IMG/VR virus record: IMGVR_UViG_3300042889_001272
Location: 1-64,000 of that record
Reading direction: 5' to 3' (one strand)
DNA length: 64,000 nucleotides
This document shows positions 55,412 to 64,000 of the stretch, one piece after another. Within the stretch, counting starts at the first letter, position 1, and each line of letters opens with the position of its first letter. The position numbers were made by a program, and so were the translations under genes. A model generated the notes under the pieces. That model had not been told where the DNA came from, searched no databases, and saw nothing but the letters and a program-made list of their open reading frames with translations.

Positions 55412-56100
55412 AACGACTAGGTATACTTGGTGGCATGGGTCCTGCAGCCAGTGCTGAGTTCGTTAATAGGCTTATAGCACAAACTCCTGCAAGTTGCGAT
55501 CAAGAACACATACCTTTTGTTTTGTGGAACAATCCACAAATCCCAGACCGCAGTACAAGTATGCGTAACGGTGACAACAAACCATTACCGTTTTTACTGG
55601 AAGGAATTCGAGGTCTAAAAGCCGCAGGCTGCGATACTATTGTTATACCTTGTAACACTGCACATTTTTGGTTCAATGATATAATTAAAATTAATATTAG
55701 AACTATTCATATTGTCGACAGCGTGGCCAGTGCATTGCGTGATGTAAAAGTAACTAATACAACTATAGGCGTCATAGGAACACAGGCCACTGTAGAACTG
55801 GGATTGTATCAAACTAGATTAAATGATCAAGGATGGAATTGCATTGTCCCATCTAAAGAAGAAATGTCGACATTGGTACAACCTGCTATTAATTTGATTA
55901 AATGCGGCGAACTCGAACAGTCACATCCAATGTTTATGTCTGTGGTAGATAGTTTGATAGCACGTGGTGCTCAAGCAGTGGTATTGGGGTGTACTGAAAT
56001 ACCATTGGCAGTCAAGGAAGACAACCATAATGGTATTCCATTAATCAACAGTATAGACAGCTTGGTCAAAGCGGCCATTAAAGAAAGAAGTAGGCCTTAA
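55408..56100 (+). CDS. Aspartate/glutamate racemase
   Basis: LGILGGMGP.AS, IPDR, PCNTAH, LGCTEIPL (two catalytic Cys). Confidence 0.92.
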   Translation: MKRLGILGGMGPAASAEFVNRLIAQTPASCDQEHIPFVLWNNPQIPDRSTSMRNGDNKPLPFLLEGIRGLKAAGCDTIVIPCNTAHFWFNDIIKINIRTIHIVDSVASALRDVKVTNTTIGVIGTQATVELGLYQTRLNDQGWNCIVPSKEEMSTLVQPAINLIKCGELEQSHPMFMSVVDSLIARGAQAVVLGCTEIPLAVKEDNHNGIPLINSIDSLVKAAIKERSRP

Positions 56101-56103
56101 AAG

Positions 56104-56724
56104 TTATTTGTTGGCCAATGGATTGTCGATGGCTTTTTGTATCTTACTATCAACTTCTCTTTTCAGCGTTTCAACTTCACGATTAATTTCTCTACGAGCC
56201 GCAGTAAATTCACTGTTGATTTCTTTACGTGTTGATTCCATGTCCCTGCGAATTGCGTTAGCTTCGTTTCTTGCTCGTTCTAAGTCTTCACGAACTGCCT
56301 TACGCATATCACGCATTTCACTTTCAGTTTCACGCTGTGCAGTTTTAACACTGCGCTCTACTTGTTCCGTAACGGTTTCATTACGACGGATATCGTTCTT
56401 TAAATCAACTTTAATATCACGAGTATAGTCAGCACCTTTTTGGCTGTTCTCTTCGATGACTGCTAGACGTTTATCAAAGCCACTTAGATCTGGTGCAGAG
56501 TAGTCGGCAATCTTTTTCTTCATACCTTGATAGTCTTTGTATACTTCAAATGTGCCATAAAGTCCACCTAGTATAGATGACACTAATGTAAATGCCACCA
56601 TCAGTTTGGCCGGTGTAAATTCATATCCACCAATACTGATAACAGTGTCCTTGCTGGCATATTTCTTTGCGGCTGCTTCAAGTTCATCAACTTTAGCGTT
56701 TACGTCTTTAATTTCTTCTGTCAT
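56104..56724 (-). CDS. Membrane-anchored coiled-coil protein
   Basis: One TM segment followed by a long heptad-rich helix ending in NPLA. Confidence 0.7.
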   Translation of the reverse strand: MTEEIKDVNAKVDELEAAAKKYASKDTVISIGGYEFTPAKLMVAFTLVSSILGGLYGTFEVYKDYQGMKKKIADYSAPDLSGFDKRLAVIEENSQKGADYTRDIKVDLKNDIRRNETVTEQVERSVKTAQRETESEMRDMRKAVREDLERARNEANAIRRDMESTRKEINSEFTAARREINREVETLKREVDSKIQKAIDNPLANK

Positions 56725-56735
56725 TTTATTTTCCT

Positions 56736-58484
56736 TTATCTATATTGTAGGTTCACCAAATCTTGGTGTAATTTATCACTAGACAATTGACGCAAAACTT
56801 TTGCATTGTCTACATTCACTTGATTCTTGTAAATCTCTTTTGGTGCATAGAATGCTACATCAGGTATCATCATTGAATATGCTTGATATCCTGCGGGCTG
56901 TGTTGCCATGCCAGCAATATCCACACGTCCAGCCAGTTCATTTGGCTGTACATTTCTGTTTACAGATTCAGTTTTTTGTTCTTGTGCGTTATTACCTTGT
57001 AATATTGGGCGTTGTTCCATTGCGTCATTCAATGCTGAACGACCACCAATTTTAATACCCTCGTTTTGCGGTACTTCTATTTCTGGTTGTTTACTACTAT
57101 TTGTTGGTGCCTGCAAACTATACATATCAACTTGACCCTGCGACATGTTTGATGACGAAGACATACTAGGATCAGCAAATACACTTTGCGTTACTGGTCG
57201 TAAGCCACCGACATTGACTACACTAGTTTGTGATACACTAGCTACATTTACCACAGTCATTTGTGATTGACTGCTGGTTACTACTGTCGATCCAGTACTT
57301 GTACTAGACTGTGCCATACTGCTGGTAATGCTTTGTGTAGTTAATGTGCCTGCTACTGTTTCTGCTTGTTGCTGTGCTTGTTGTGCATCTTTGGCAGCGG
57401 CAGTTTCTGCAGCCTGTACAACAGACTTGGCCTCATTGCCTATTCTAGCTTGATTGCTACTAATCATACTTATAACATTGCCTAGACTAGGTCCCGTCTT
57501 ATCACTTGCTGTTTTATTATCACCTGCTGTTTTAACTTCACCTGCTCGAGGTTGACTACCGCCGCCCTGCGGAGGAGGTTGATTTGCTGGTGGAGGTGAG
57601 CCAGGATTATTGCCTGGTCCAGGAGCTCCGGGTGGTGGTGGTGGGCCTGCCATAGGTCCATCAGCAGGAGGAGGACTACCAAGCGGGGGTGGGCCACCAG
57701 GTGGTGGCGGAGCCGCTTCGTCAGGTGGCGGTGCCGGTCCAACGGTTTCAGGATTAACTACAACTGGATTTAGTTTGGCCATTGCATCGTTATAGCCTCT
57801 GCAACTAGGAGAGTATAGTGGATTGGTAGCACAAGGATCAACACTATATTTCAAACTAAAATTTACATTGATGATTTCCGGACCGTATGGTCCAACCCAA
57901 TAATTATTGTCTCTGCCAACAAATCCATACTGGGCATTGCCAACATTAGATACACTGTATGCGTTGGTAAAAGTTTTACTGTACTCAAAGGTTCTCCAAC
58001 CTTGTGTGTTATAGGACAAGTCCCAGTTGTAGTTTTCTACCACTTTTGAATTTGTATTGTTGTAGATGTTTACGTAAGCACTTAGAGTGTCGGTCATTCC
58101 GTTGTCCCAGCCGTTGCCGTTCTTGGCTTGAAAACTAAAATTGAAACCATTGACTTGCAATCCTGTACCACTGTTGGGCAATGCATTTTTAATAGCAACA
58201 GTTTGATTTAAGTCAGTTAATCCATATGAGAAGTTGATAACATTGCTGCCAACACCCCAGGCAGCAACTCTAGGCAATGGCCCGCAATATCCTGGATCAC
58301 CGCTTGCCCAGCAAGTTAGTGGTTCTCCAATTGTGCCGGCGTTTTGCCAAGTAGAGGTAGTACTGTTAGCCTGACTAGTAAAGTTAGTCAGGTTACCGGT
58401 CGTATCAACTTGTTGACTGTTAGAATAACTTGTGGACAAGAACGCCAAGGATAGCGCCAATGCCAATTTTCTTATAAGTATCAT
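56736..58484 (-). CDS. Exported Pro-rich/low-complexity phage protein
   Basis: Signal-like N-terminus, beta-rich domain, C..NPLYSP.C, poly-Pro and Ser/Thr tracts. Confidence 0.75.
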   Translation of the reverse strand: MILIRKLALALSLAFLSTSYSNSQQVDTTGNLTNFTSQANSTTSTWQNAGTIGEPLTCWASGDPGYCGPLPRVAAWGVGSNVINFSYGLTDLNQTVAIKNALPNSGTGLQVNGFNFSFQAKNGNGWDNGMTDTLSAYVNIYNNTNSKVVENYNWDLSYNTQGWRTFEYSKTFTNAYSVSNVGNAQYGFVGRDNNYWVGPYGPEIINVNFSLKYSVDPCATNPLYSPSCRGYNDAMAKLNPVVVNPETVGPAPPPDEAAPPPPGGPPPLGSPPPADGPMAGPPPPPGAPGPGNNPGSPPPANQPPPQGGGSQPRAGEVKTAGDNKTASDKTGPSLGNVISMISSNQARIGNEAKSVVQAAETAAAKDAQQAQQQAETVAGTLTTQSITSSMAQSSTSTGSTVVTSSQSQMTVVNVASVSQTSVVNVGGLRPVTQSVFADPSMSSSSNMSQGQVDMYSLQAPTNSSKQPEIEVPQNEGIKIGGRSALNDAMEQRPILQGNNAQEQKTESVNRNVQPNELAGRVDIAGMATQPAGYQAYSMMIPDVAFYAPKEIYKNQVNVDNAKVLRQLSSDKLHQDLVNLQYR

Positions 58485-59544
58485 CTATTTTTACCTCATC
58501 CAATTTTGGAATCTTATCTGGATTTGCATCCCAAGATGCTTTGGCTTGTTCACCGATCTTACCTTCATATGGGCACGGTGTTCCTGCGGCTAACATGGCA
58601 TCAAATACTCTGCGATCTTGACACATAGTGGCAACTGCGGCTACTTTCATGCCCATGTCATATAATGTTTTGGATAACTTTAATCTTTCGCAATTCATGT
58701 CCCGAACAGTGCCGCCCGAACTTACACCGAAAACTTGTGTCTGCACACTACCACTACTACCAGTACTACACAAATCAGCATTACCACCCGACAACATAGC
58801 AGGAGCCACTGCTGTTGGAGGAGGCTGAATAATACGTTGTGTAATCTCAGTGGAGTTGATATTTCGATTAGTCATGTCACCTGTCTGTACGTTTTGATTA
58901 ACGGCTGTACTAGCGTTAACATTATTATTAACATTATTACTTGTACTTGTACTTGTATTGACATTTCGATTTGTCATATCACCGGTGTTGACGTTGTTGT
59001 TGGTCGCAGTACTTGTGCTAACATTGTTATTATTGTTGGTGGCTGTGCTGTTGTTGACATTGTTGTTATTGTATGTCATTGTACCAGTATTTTCGTTCTT
59101 GTTAACATTGGTATTATTACTTGTGCTAGTACTTACATTGTTGTTATTGTATGTCATTGTACCAGAGTTGACATTGTTGTTATTGTATGTCATTGTACCA
59201 GAGTTGACATTGTTATTGTTAACAGTACTTGTGCCACTATTGATGTTGTTATTTGTGTTTACACTAGTGCTATTGTTAGTGTTGGTGTTTGCACTAGTAC
59301 TATTGACAGCGGCTGTACTTGTGCTGTTGCTGTTGCTTATAGTATTACTGTTAGAAGTAACTGTACTGGTACTGTTGCTGGTGCTATTGGTATCTACTAG
59401 TGATTTAGAATCATAGCTTCCTTGATTAATTAATGTGGCAGTACCGGTGGTTGTTCCACCTGTTGTGCCTGATGTGGTGGTTGTTTGTGCTGATACAGAA
59501 ATTGCAATGGCTGTCAAAGCAAATGTAACAAGTGTTCTTTTCAT
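58420..59544 (-). CDS. Exported Asn/Thr-rich repeat protein
   Basis: Signal peptide, NxGTMTYNNNNV repeats, Cys-containing C-domain (CERLKLSK...MCQD), C-terminal TM. Confidence 0.8.
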   Translation of the reverse strand: MKRTLVTFALTAIAISVSAQTTTTSGTTGGTTTGTATLINQGSYDSKSLVDTNSTSNSTSTVTSNSNTISNSNSTSTAAVNSTSANTNTNNSTSVNTNNNINSGTSTVNNNNVNSGTMTYNNNNVNSGTMTYNNNNVSTSTSNNTNVNKNENTGTMTYNNNNVNNSTATNNNNNVSTSTATNNNVNTGDMTNRNVNTSTSTSNNVNNNVNASTAVNQNVQTGDMTNRNINSTEITQRIIQPPPTAVAPAMLSGGNADLCSTGSSGSVQTQVFGVSSGGTVRDMNCERLKLSKTLYDMGMKVAAVATMCQDRRVFDAMLAAGTPCPYEGKIGEQAKASWDANPDKIPKLDEVKIDDTYKKIGIGAILGVLVHKLF

Positions 59545-59663
59545 GATCTTACTCCTATACCATTTAATGGCTTTTTAGTATTTAAAATAATATGCGGTCA
59601 GGTAAAGTACTATTAAAACTAATTGCGTATAATGGTTATACTGACTTTTTTTATAAATAGTCA

Positions 59664-59969
59664 ATGAAACATATTTTAATTTTTCTAACTTCTATGATGG
59701 CCATCACAGCATCGGCTCAACCGGCAACCACAAAAAAAGAAGTTTACTGCGATAAAACTGAAACAATGATTTCAGTTTTAAAAGGCCGAGACTATGAAGA
59801 ATCGCCCTTATGGTTTGGTACAGAAAAGGATAGTAAAGCATCAAACTATTCACTGTTTGTTAATCAAGAAACCAAAACCTGGACTATAATCCAATTCAAC
59901 AAAGAAACAGCCTGCGTTCTAGGCGCAGGCGAGGATTTCATCGTACTTTCCAAAAAATCATACATTTAA
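59664..59969 (+). CDS. Small exported hypothetical protein
   Basis: Signal peptide and Cys pair; TATAAATA 4 nt before the ATG. Confidence 0.65.
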   Translation: MKHILIFLTSMMAITASAQPATTKKEVYCDKTETMISVLKGRDYEESPLWFGTEKDSKASNYSLFVNQETKTWTIIQFNKETACVLGAGEDFIVLSKKSYI

Positions 59970-59978
59970 CCGTTTAAC

Positions 59979-60007
59979 TTGACAGTTAAGCCATTAAGTG
60001 CTATTAT
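59979..60007 (+). promoter_or_regulatory. Sigma70-type promoter
   Basis: TTGACA-17-TATTAT, with SD aggaggag before 60064. Confidence 0.7.
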
Positions 60008-60063
60008 AACGAATGTATCGTAACAGATACGTAATTAACCAACCGCGTAAAAGGAGGAGACTT

Positions 60064-60588
60064 ATGATACGCATCATGAAAATCGTCGCTACTTTTGTAG
60101 GACTAATACTGGTAGTTTTTGTAGCAAAATATGCTTATGACTATAAAGTAGCGTCACTGAAGGCAGCTCAAAATTTAAATTCCAGTGTGATCACTGCTGA
60201 AGTTCGCAATACCCAACTCGACTGTTTGACCAGAAATATTTACTACGAAGCAGGACACGAACCCTTCGAAGGTAAAGTTGCTGTGGCCCAAGTTACATTA
60301 AACAGAGTTGACAGCGGAAAATTTCCCAATGACATCTGTAAAGTAGTTTACCAAAAAGACAATGCACTAGGACTGTGCCAGTTCAGTTGGTACTGCAACG
60401 GCGATGTAAGAAAACCCAAAAACTTGGCCGCTTATCGTGAAAGCGAGATTGTTGCAAAACAAGTTTTACTGGAAAAATTTAGACTACCAAGTCTAAACCA
60501 TGCTCTTTATTTTCACGGAACATATATTAATCCGGGATGGAAAAAAGAAAAAGTAGCCATTATCGGCAATCATATATTTTACAAATAA
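60064..60588 (+). CDS. SleB-like cell wall hydrolase (Hydrolase_2)
   Basis: CL..NIYYEA..E...GKVAVAQV.LNRV, CQFSW, IGNHIFY. Confidence 0.9.
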   Translation: MIRIMKIVATFVGLILVVFVAKYAYDYKVASLKAAQNLNSSVITAEVRNTQLDCLTRNIYYEAGHEPFEGKVAVAQVTLNRVDSGKFPNDICKVVYQKDNALGLCQFSWYCNGDVRKPKNLAAYRESEIVAKQVLLEKFRLPSLNHALYFHGTYINPGWKKEKVAIIGNHIFYK

Positions 60589-60599
60589 GAAAGACTAAA

Positions 60600-60920
60600 A
60601 TGAATATTTTCAAAACACTCAACGATTTTACCAGCGAGAGTGCAAAAAATCTGAAAGAGCAATTGGTCACAGTCAGTGCAGAGACACTTGGCTGGGTTGC
60701 TGTTATCCTTGTACACTTGGCTACTATTCCTACGTTAGTTGCCATACTAACTGGTCTCACTGAAAAGACTCCTCCAGTTGATCTAGTATTGTTAGCTTGG
60801 GCAGGTTTGTTCTTATTCTTTGTTAAAGCCACTATCAGTAAAGATATTTTAAATATTGTTACAATTGGCTTTGGATTTTTTATTCAAGCATGTTTAATGG
60901 CACTTATCATTTTTAAATGA
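60600..60920 (+). CDS. Small membrane protein (about 3 TM)
   Basis: Hydrophobic 106-aa ORF. Confidence 0.65.
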   Translation: MNIFKTLNDFTSESAKNLKEQLVTVSAETLGWVAVILVHLATIPTLVAILTGLTEKTPPVDLVLLAWAGLFLFFVKATISKDILNIVTIGFGFFIQACLMALIIFK

Positions 60921-61171
60921 TCAAGTTAGTTGTCAAGACTCTTAGAGTCGGCGATGTTGAAGATCCGGAAATATATCTAGGTGCAGTTGCACACGATTGG
61001 TTACAGACCGACCATGGTAAGTATGTTAAAGAGAAAGCAAGAGATTTGACGTATAATCAAGTACCTTTTGTATTGAATGAAGGCTATTATGGATATCAAT
61101 TTAATATTACAGCAGTGTTTGAAGATGAAGAAGCAGTGATATATAAATTAAAATTTGGTGATGTCAAGTAA
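60917..61171 (+). CDS. Hypothetical phage protein (GDVEDPEIY)
   Basis: Coupled ORF. Confidence 0.65.
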   Translation: MIKLVVKTLRVGDVEDPEIYLGAVAHDWLQTDHGKYVKEKARDLTYNQVPFVLNEGYYGYQFNITAVFEDEEAVIYKLKFGDVK

Positions 61172-61496
61172 TCCCACTGCACATTATAACAGTTCTAAGC
61201 TGTGCTGGGAAATTCTCCTAGAAGAAGCGCAGGGTGATAGAATGGTGTTAGTGCATAAAGAAGCTAATACTGCACACAGGATGTTAAAGGAACGGGGCAT
61301 TAAATTTGTTGATGCAAAAGTCAGTAGATTTGGTGCTCCTATGTTATTAATCTCCGACTTTATATTCTGGTATCAGAATGAAGAAGAAATATTTGACTGG
61401 TGCACCGAAAGTCGTGTACAATGTACACTAACAGGTATGATACTTGAATTTGATAGTCAACAAGATAAAATGATGTTTATGTTGCGGTGGAGTTAA
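61161..61496 (+). CDS. Hypothetical phage protein (C-terminal F.LRW)
   Basis: Coupled ORF. Confidence 0.6.
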   Translation: MSSNPTAHYNSSKLCWEILLEEAQGDRMVLVHKEANTAHRMLKERGIKFVDAKVSRFGAPMLLISDFIFWYQNEEEIFDWCTESRVQCTLTGMILEFDSQQDKMMFMLRWS

Positions 61497-61699
61497 TGTT
61501 TGATCCCATTGGTAATGTTGCTAGGAAGATAAAAATGGCACCTTGGACGATTTGGTTCGCTTGGCATCCAGTTTACACTGTCAACAATGAACGTGTTTGG
61601 GGTAAGCGGATTTATCGCAGAAAAATCAACACCTATGTTGATCACGATGATTGGTCACGATACGAATATGGCAACATGTTCGATATATTAAAACGATGA
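61496..61699 (+). CDS. Hypothetical phage protein (WFAWHPV)
   Basis: Coupled ORF. Confidence 0.6.
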   Translation: MFDPIGNVARKIKMAPWTIWFAWHPVYTVNNERVWGKRIYRRKINTYVDHDDWSRYEYGNMFDILKR

Positions 61700-63111
61700 A
61701 TGAATTAGAACAAGAATACACAGCAGGGTTTACTACTAATGTTGAAAGTGAATTGACAGGCAAGGGCTTGAATGAAAACACTGTTAGACTTATCAGTGCC
61801 AAAAACAATGAACCCATGTGGTTGCTGGAGTTTAGATTAAATGCTCTAAATAAACTAGCTAGTATAACTGAACCCAACTGGGCAGAGATTAAATATACCC
61901 GACCCGACTACGATAACATTTATTATCACAGTCGTCCTAAGAAACAATTTAAAAGTTTAGATGAAGTCCCGCAAGAGATTTTAGATGACTTTGAAAAGTT
62001 GGGCATTCCTTTACACGAACGTGCCAAACTTGCAGGCGTAGCAGTTGATGCTGTGTTTGACAGTGTCAGTATTGGCACAACATACAAAGCTAAACTAGCA
62101 GAAGAAGGAATTATCTTTTGCAGTTTTACAGAAGCAGTACAAGATCATCCGGAACTAGTTAAAGAATATCTAGGATCAGTTGTGCCTCAAGGTGACAACT
62201 GGTTTGCCTGCATCAATTCAGCAGTGTTCAGTGATGGTAGTTTTGTATATATTCCTGAAGGTAAACGATGCCCTTTGGAGTTAAGCACTTACTTTAGAAT
62301 TAACAGTGCCGGTAGCGGTCAATTTGAACGCACCTTAATTATAGCAGACAAGGATAGTTATGTATCTTACTTGGAGGGATGTACAGCACCCCAACGTGAC
62401 GAGAATCAGTTACATGCCGCAGTGGTCGAACTTATTGCCCTTGATAGGGCAGAGATTAAATATTCAACTGTACAAAATTGGTACCCCGGCAACGAACACG
62501 GGATTGGCGGAGTCTACAACTTTGTCACAAAACGTGCCCATTGTCGAGGAATTAAAAGTAGAGTTAGTTGGACTCAAGTGGAAACAGGATCAGCCATTAC
62601 CTGGAAGTATCCAAGTTGCATATTGCAAGGTGACGGGAGTACCGGAGAGTTTTACTCAGTGGCGGTTACCAAAGGCCATCAACAAGCTGACACTGGTACA
62701 AAAATGATTCACATTGGTGCTAATACTCGCAGTAAAATTATCAGCAAGGGTATTAGCATAGGTAACAGCACGATGACTTATCGTGGACTTGTGCGAATGA
62801 ATCCCGGTGCTAAAAATGCTCGTAACTATACGCAATGCGATAGTTTGATGATTGGCAATAACAGTCGTAGTAACACTGTGCCTTACACAGATTGCAGAAA
62901 TGATTCAGCGCAGATTGAACACGAAGCGACAACTGGCAGAGTAAGTGATGAAGAATTATATTATCTAGCCACTAGAGGATTAGATCCTGAACAGGCAGCA
63001 AGTGCCATTGTAAACGGCTTTTGCCGTAGTGTATTAAACACATTACCTTTAGAATTTGCGGCGGAAGCGAATAAATTACTAGCAGTAACCATGGAAGGAA
63101 GCATAGGATGA
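61696..63111 (+). CDS. sufB: Fe-S cluster assembly protein SufB
   Basis: [59 protein letters not shown]. Confidence 0.96.
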   Translation: MNELEQEYTAGFTTNVESELTGKGLNENTVRLISAKNNEPMWLLEFRLNALNKLASITEPNWAEIKYTRPDYDNIYYHSRPKKQFKSLDEVPQEILDDFEKLGIPLHERAKLAGVAVDAVFDSVSIGTTYKAKLAEEGIIFCSFTEAVQDHPELVKEYLGSVVPQGDNWFACINSAVFSDGSFVYIPEGKRCPLELSTYFRINSAGSGQFERTLIIADKDSYVSYLEGCTAPQRDENQLHAAVVELIALDRAEIKYSTVQNWYPGNEHGIGGVYNFVTKRAHCRGIKSRVSWTQVETGSAITWKYPSCILQGDGSTGEFYSVAVTKGHQQADTGTKMIHIGANTRSKIISKGISIGNSTMTYRGLVRMNPGAKNARNYTQCDSLMIGNNSRSNTVPYTDCRNDSAQIEHEATTGRVSDEELYYLATRGLDPEQAASAIVNGFCRSVLNTLPLEFAAEANKLLAVTMEGSIG

Positions 63112-63413
63112 ACTTAGAAGAGATTAAACAATTGGTAGAAACAAACAAGGTAGTACTGTTTATGAAAGGTACACCACAATTTCCAGAATGCGGATTTAGT
63201 CAGCAGGCCACAAAAATTTTACGGGCTTGTAATGTTGAACAATTTGAAAGTCGCAATGTTTTAGCCGACGAGGCTTTGAGATCAAACATCAAACAATTCA
63301 GCAATTGGCCCACTGTTCCACAATTATATATCAAGGGCGAATTTATTGGCGGCAGTGATATTATGATGGAAATGTACCAAGCTGGCGAACTGGAAGTTTT
63401 ATTAAATGATTAA
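63108..63413 (+). CDS. grxD: Monothiol glutaredoxin (Grx4)
   Basis: LFMKGTP..P.CGFS, WPT.PQLYI.GEFIGG.DI. Confidence 0.93.
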   Translation: MNLEEIKQLVETNKVVLFMKGTPQFPECGFSQQATKILRACNVEQFESRNVLADEALRSNIKQFSNWPTVPQLYIKGEFIGGSDIMMEMYQAGELEVLLND

Positions 63414-64000
63414 AGTAAGCAATCTATCAGCAAGTATCGGCAATAAACAAATTTTAAACAAGATTAGTTTTACAGTAGAACCCGGAGAATGTTTGTTGAT
63501 CACAGGACCAAACGGCAGCGGCAAATCAACCTTGCTACATACTATTATGGGTAGACCAGATATTAATGCCACAGGTAGTATTAAAATTCGCAGTGGAGAA
63601 ATAATTGACATGCTTTGTCATGATCGTAGTCAAGCAGGAGTATTCATGGCGCATCAAAGTCCTCCTGCCATCGATGGTATCAACACTATGACATTGTTTA
63701 AAGAAATACAAAAAGTTCAAAACGTTGCAGGCAGTACCGGTGAATTAATTAAACTTACCAAGTCATTATTTAAATGGATTGGCTTGCCCGAAGGCTGGGA
63801 GAAAAGACAGTTCAATAATGGTGCCAGCGGCGGTGAGCGTAAAAAAAATGAACTCACACAGGCCGTATATCTACAAGGCAAAACACAAGTCTTACTATTG
63901 GACGAACCCGACAGCGGATTAGAACAAAGCAGCCGTCAAAAAATAATTGATTTAATTCAAGAAACTAAAAATCGACGCGGATGTGTATTATTAGTCACAC
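63406..64000 (+). CDS. sufC: SufC-like ABC ATPase (runs off the window end)
   Basis: [17 protein letters not shown]...GPNGSGKSTL..TIMG.P...SGGERKKNE...LLDEPDSGL. Confidence 0.85.
   Translation, partial: MIKVSNLSASIGNKQILNKISFTVEPGECLLITGPNGSGKSTLLHTIMGRPDINATGSIKIRSGEIIDMLCHDRSQAGVFMAHQSPPAIDGINTMTLFKEIQKVQNVAGSTGELIKLTKSLFKWIGLPEGWEKRQFNNGASGGERKKNELTQAVYLQGKTQVLLLDEPDSGLEQSSRQKIIDLIQETKNRRGCVLLVT

Noticed and set aside
51121-59220. 36-bp repeats (51121-51227, and about 59050-59220) as a CRISPR array
   Set aside because: They are in-frame coding tandem repeats without unique spacers, and no cas genes are present.
50479-59416. Long antisense or alternate-frame ORFs over the collagen, Pro-rich and Asn-rich genes (e.g. 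50479-50919, 51013-51453, 58735-59400, 58958-59416)
   Set aside because: Shadows of low-complexity repeats in the real minus-strand genes.
1-64000. Stop-codon reassignment (alternative genetic code)
   Set aside because: Recognisable genes are full-length in code 11, TAG and TGA serve as stops, and there is no suppressor tRNA.
1-64000. Cellular (bacterial) chromosome origin
   Set aside because: Despite sufB, rpoZ and erpA, the dense small hypotheticals, endolysin, fibre genes, CCA-encoding tRNA arrays and T4-like late motif point to a large phage. No capsid or terminase gene is in the window, so this remains an inference.

Overview
This window looks like part of a large, AT-rich, T4-like/jumbo tailed-phage genome in the standard genetic code. 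The host is probably proteobacterial, judged from the rpoZ, fdxA, erpA and grxD homologues. It holds 20 CCA-ending tRNA genes in two loose arrays (345-2472 and 28437-35483), interleaved with about 10 non-tRNA structured RNA elements that I cannot assign to a known class. Between and around the arrays lies a dense set of tailoring enzymes: about 22 small Fe(II)/2-oxoglutarate-dioxygenase-like proteins (HxD...H), a TauD-like dioxygenase, a cupin, 4 N-type ATP-pyrophosphatase (Asn-synthetase-like) proteins, a diverged PurD-like ATP-grasp ligase, 3 radical SAM enzymes (2 B12-binding type), 3 membrane desaturases, several GNATs, methyltransferases and a SAM decarboxylase. Many of these genes have a T4-late-promoter-like (TA)TAAATA 4-6 nt before the ATG and no Shine-Dalgarno, so they are probably leaderless single-gene cassettes. 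Core/early operons instead use canonical sigma70 TTGACA-17-TATAAT promoters. The right half encodes Fe-S/redox genes (erpA, fdxA, sufB, grxD, sufC), rpoZ, dCMP deaminase, QueD, a GH19 endolysin, an S8 protease next to a collagen-like fibre protein, an amino-acid SBP/symporter/racemase group, a holin-like protein and a SleB-like hydrolase. The best candidates for undescribed biology are the late-expressed modification/biosynthetic island (5938-27987) and the tRNA-array-embedded structured RNAs, especially one with 7-nt UUGUG repeats next to a DIP1984-like gene. All calls come from visual motif recognition; no searches were run.
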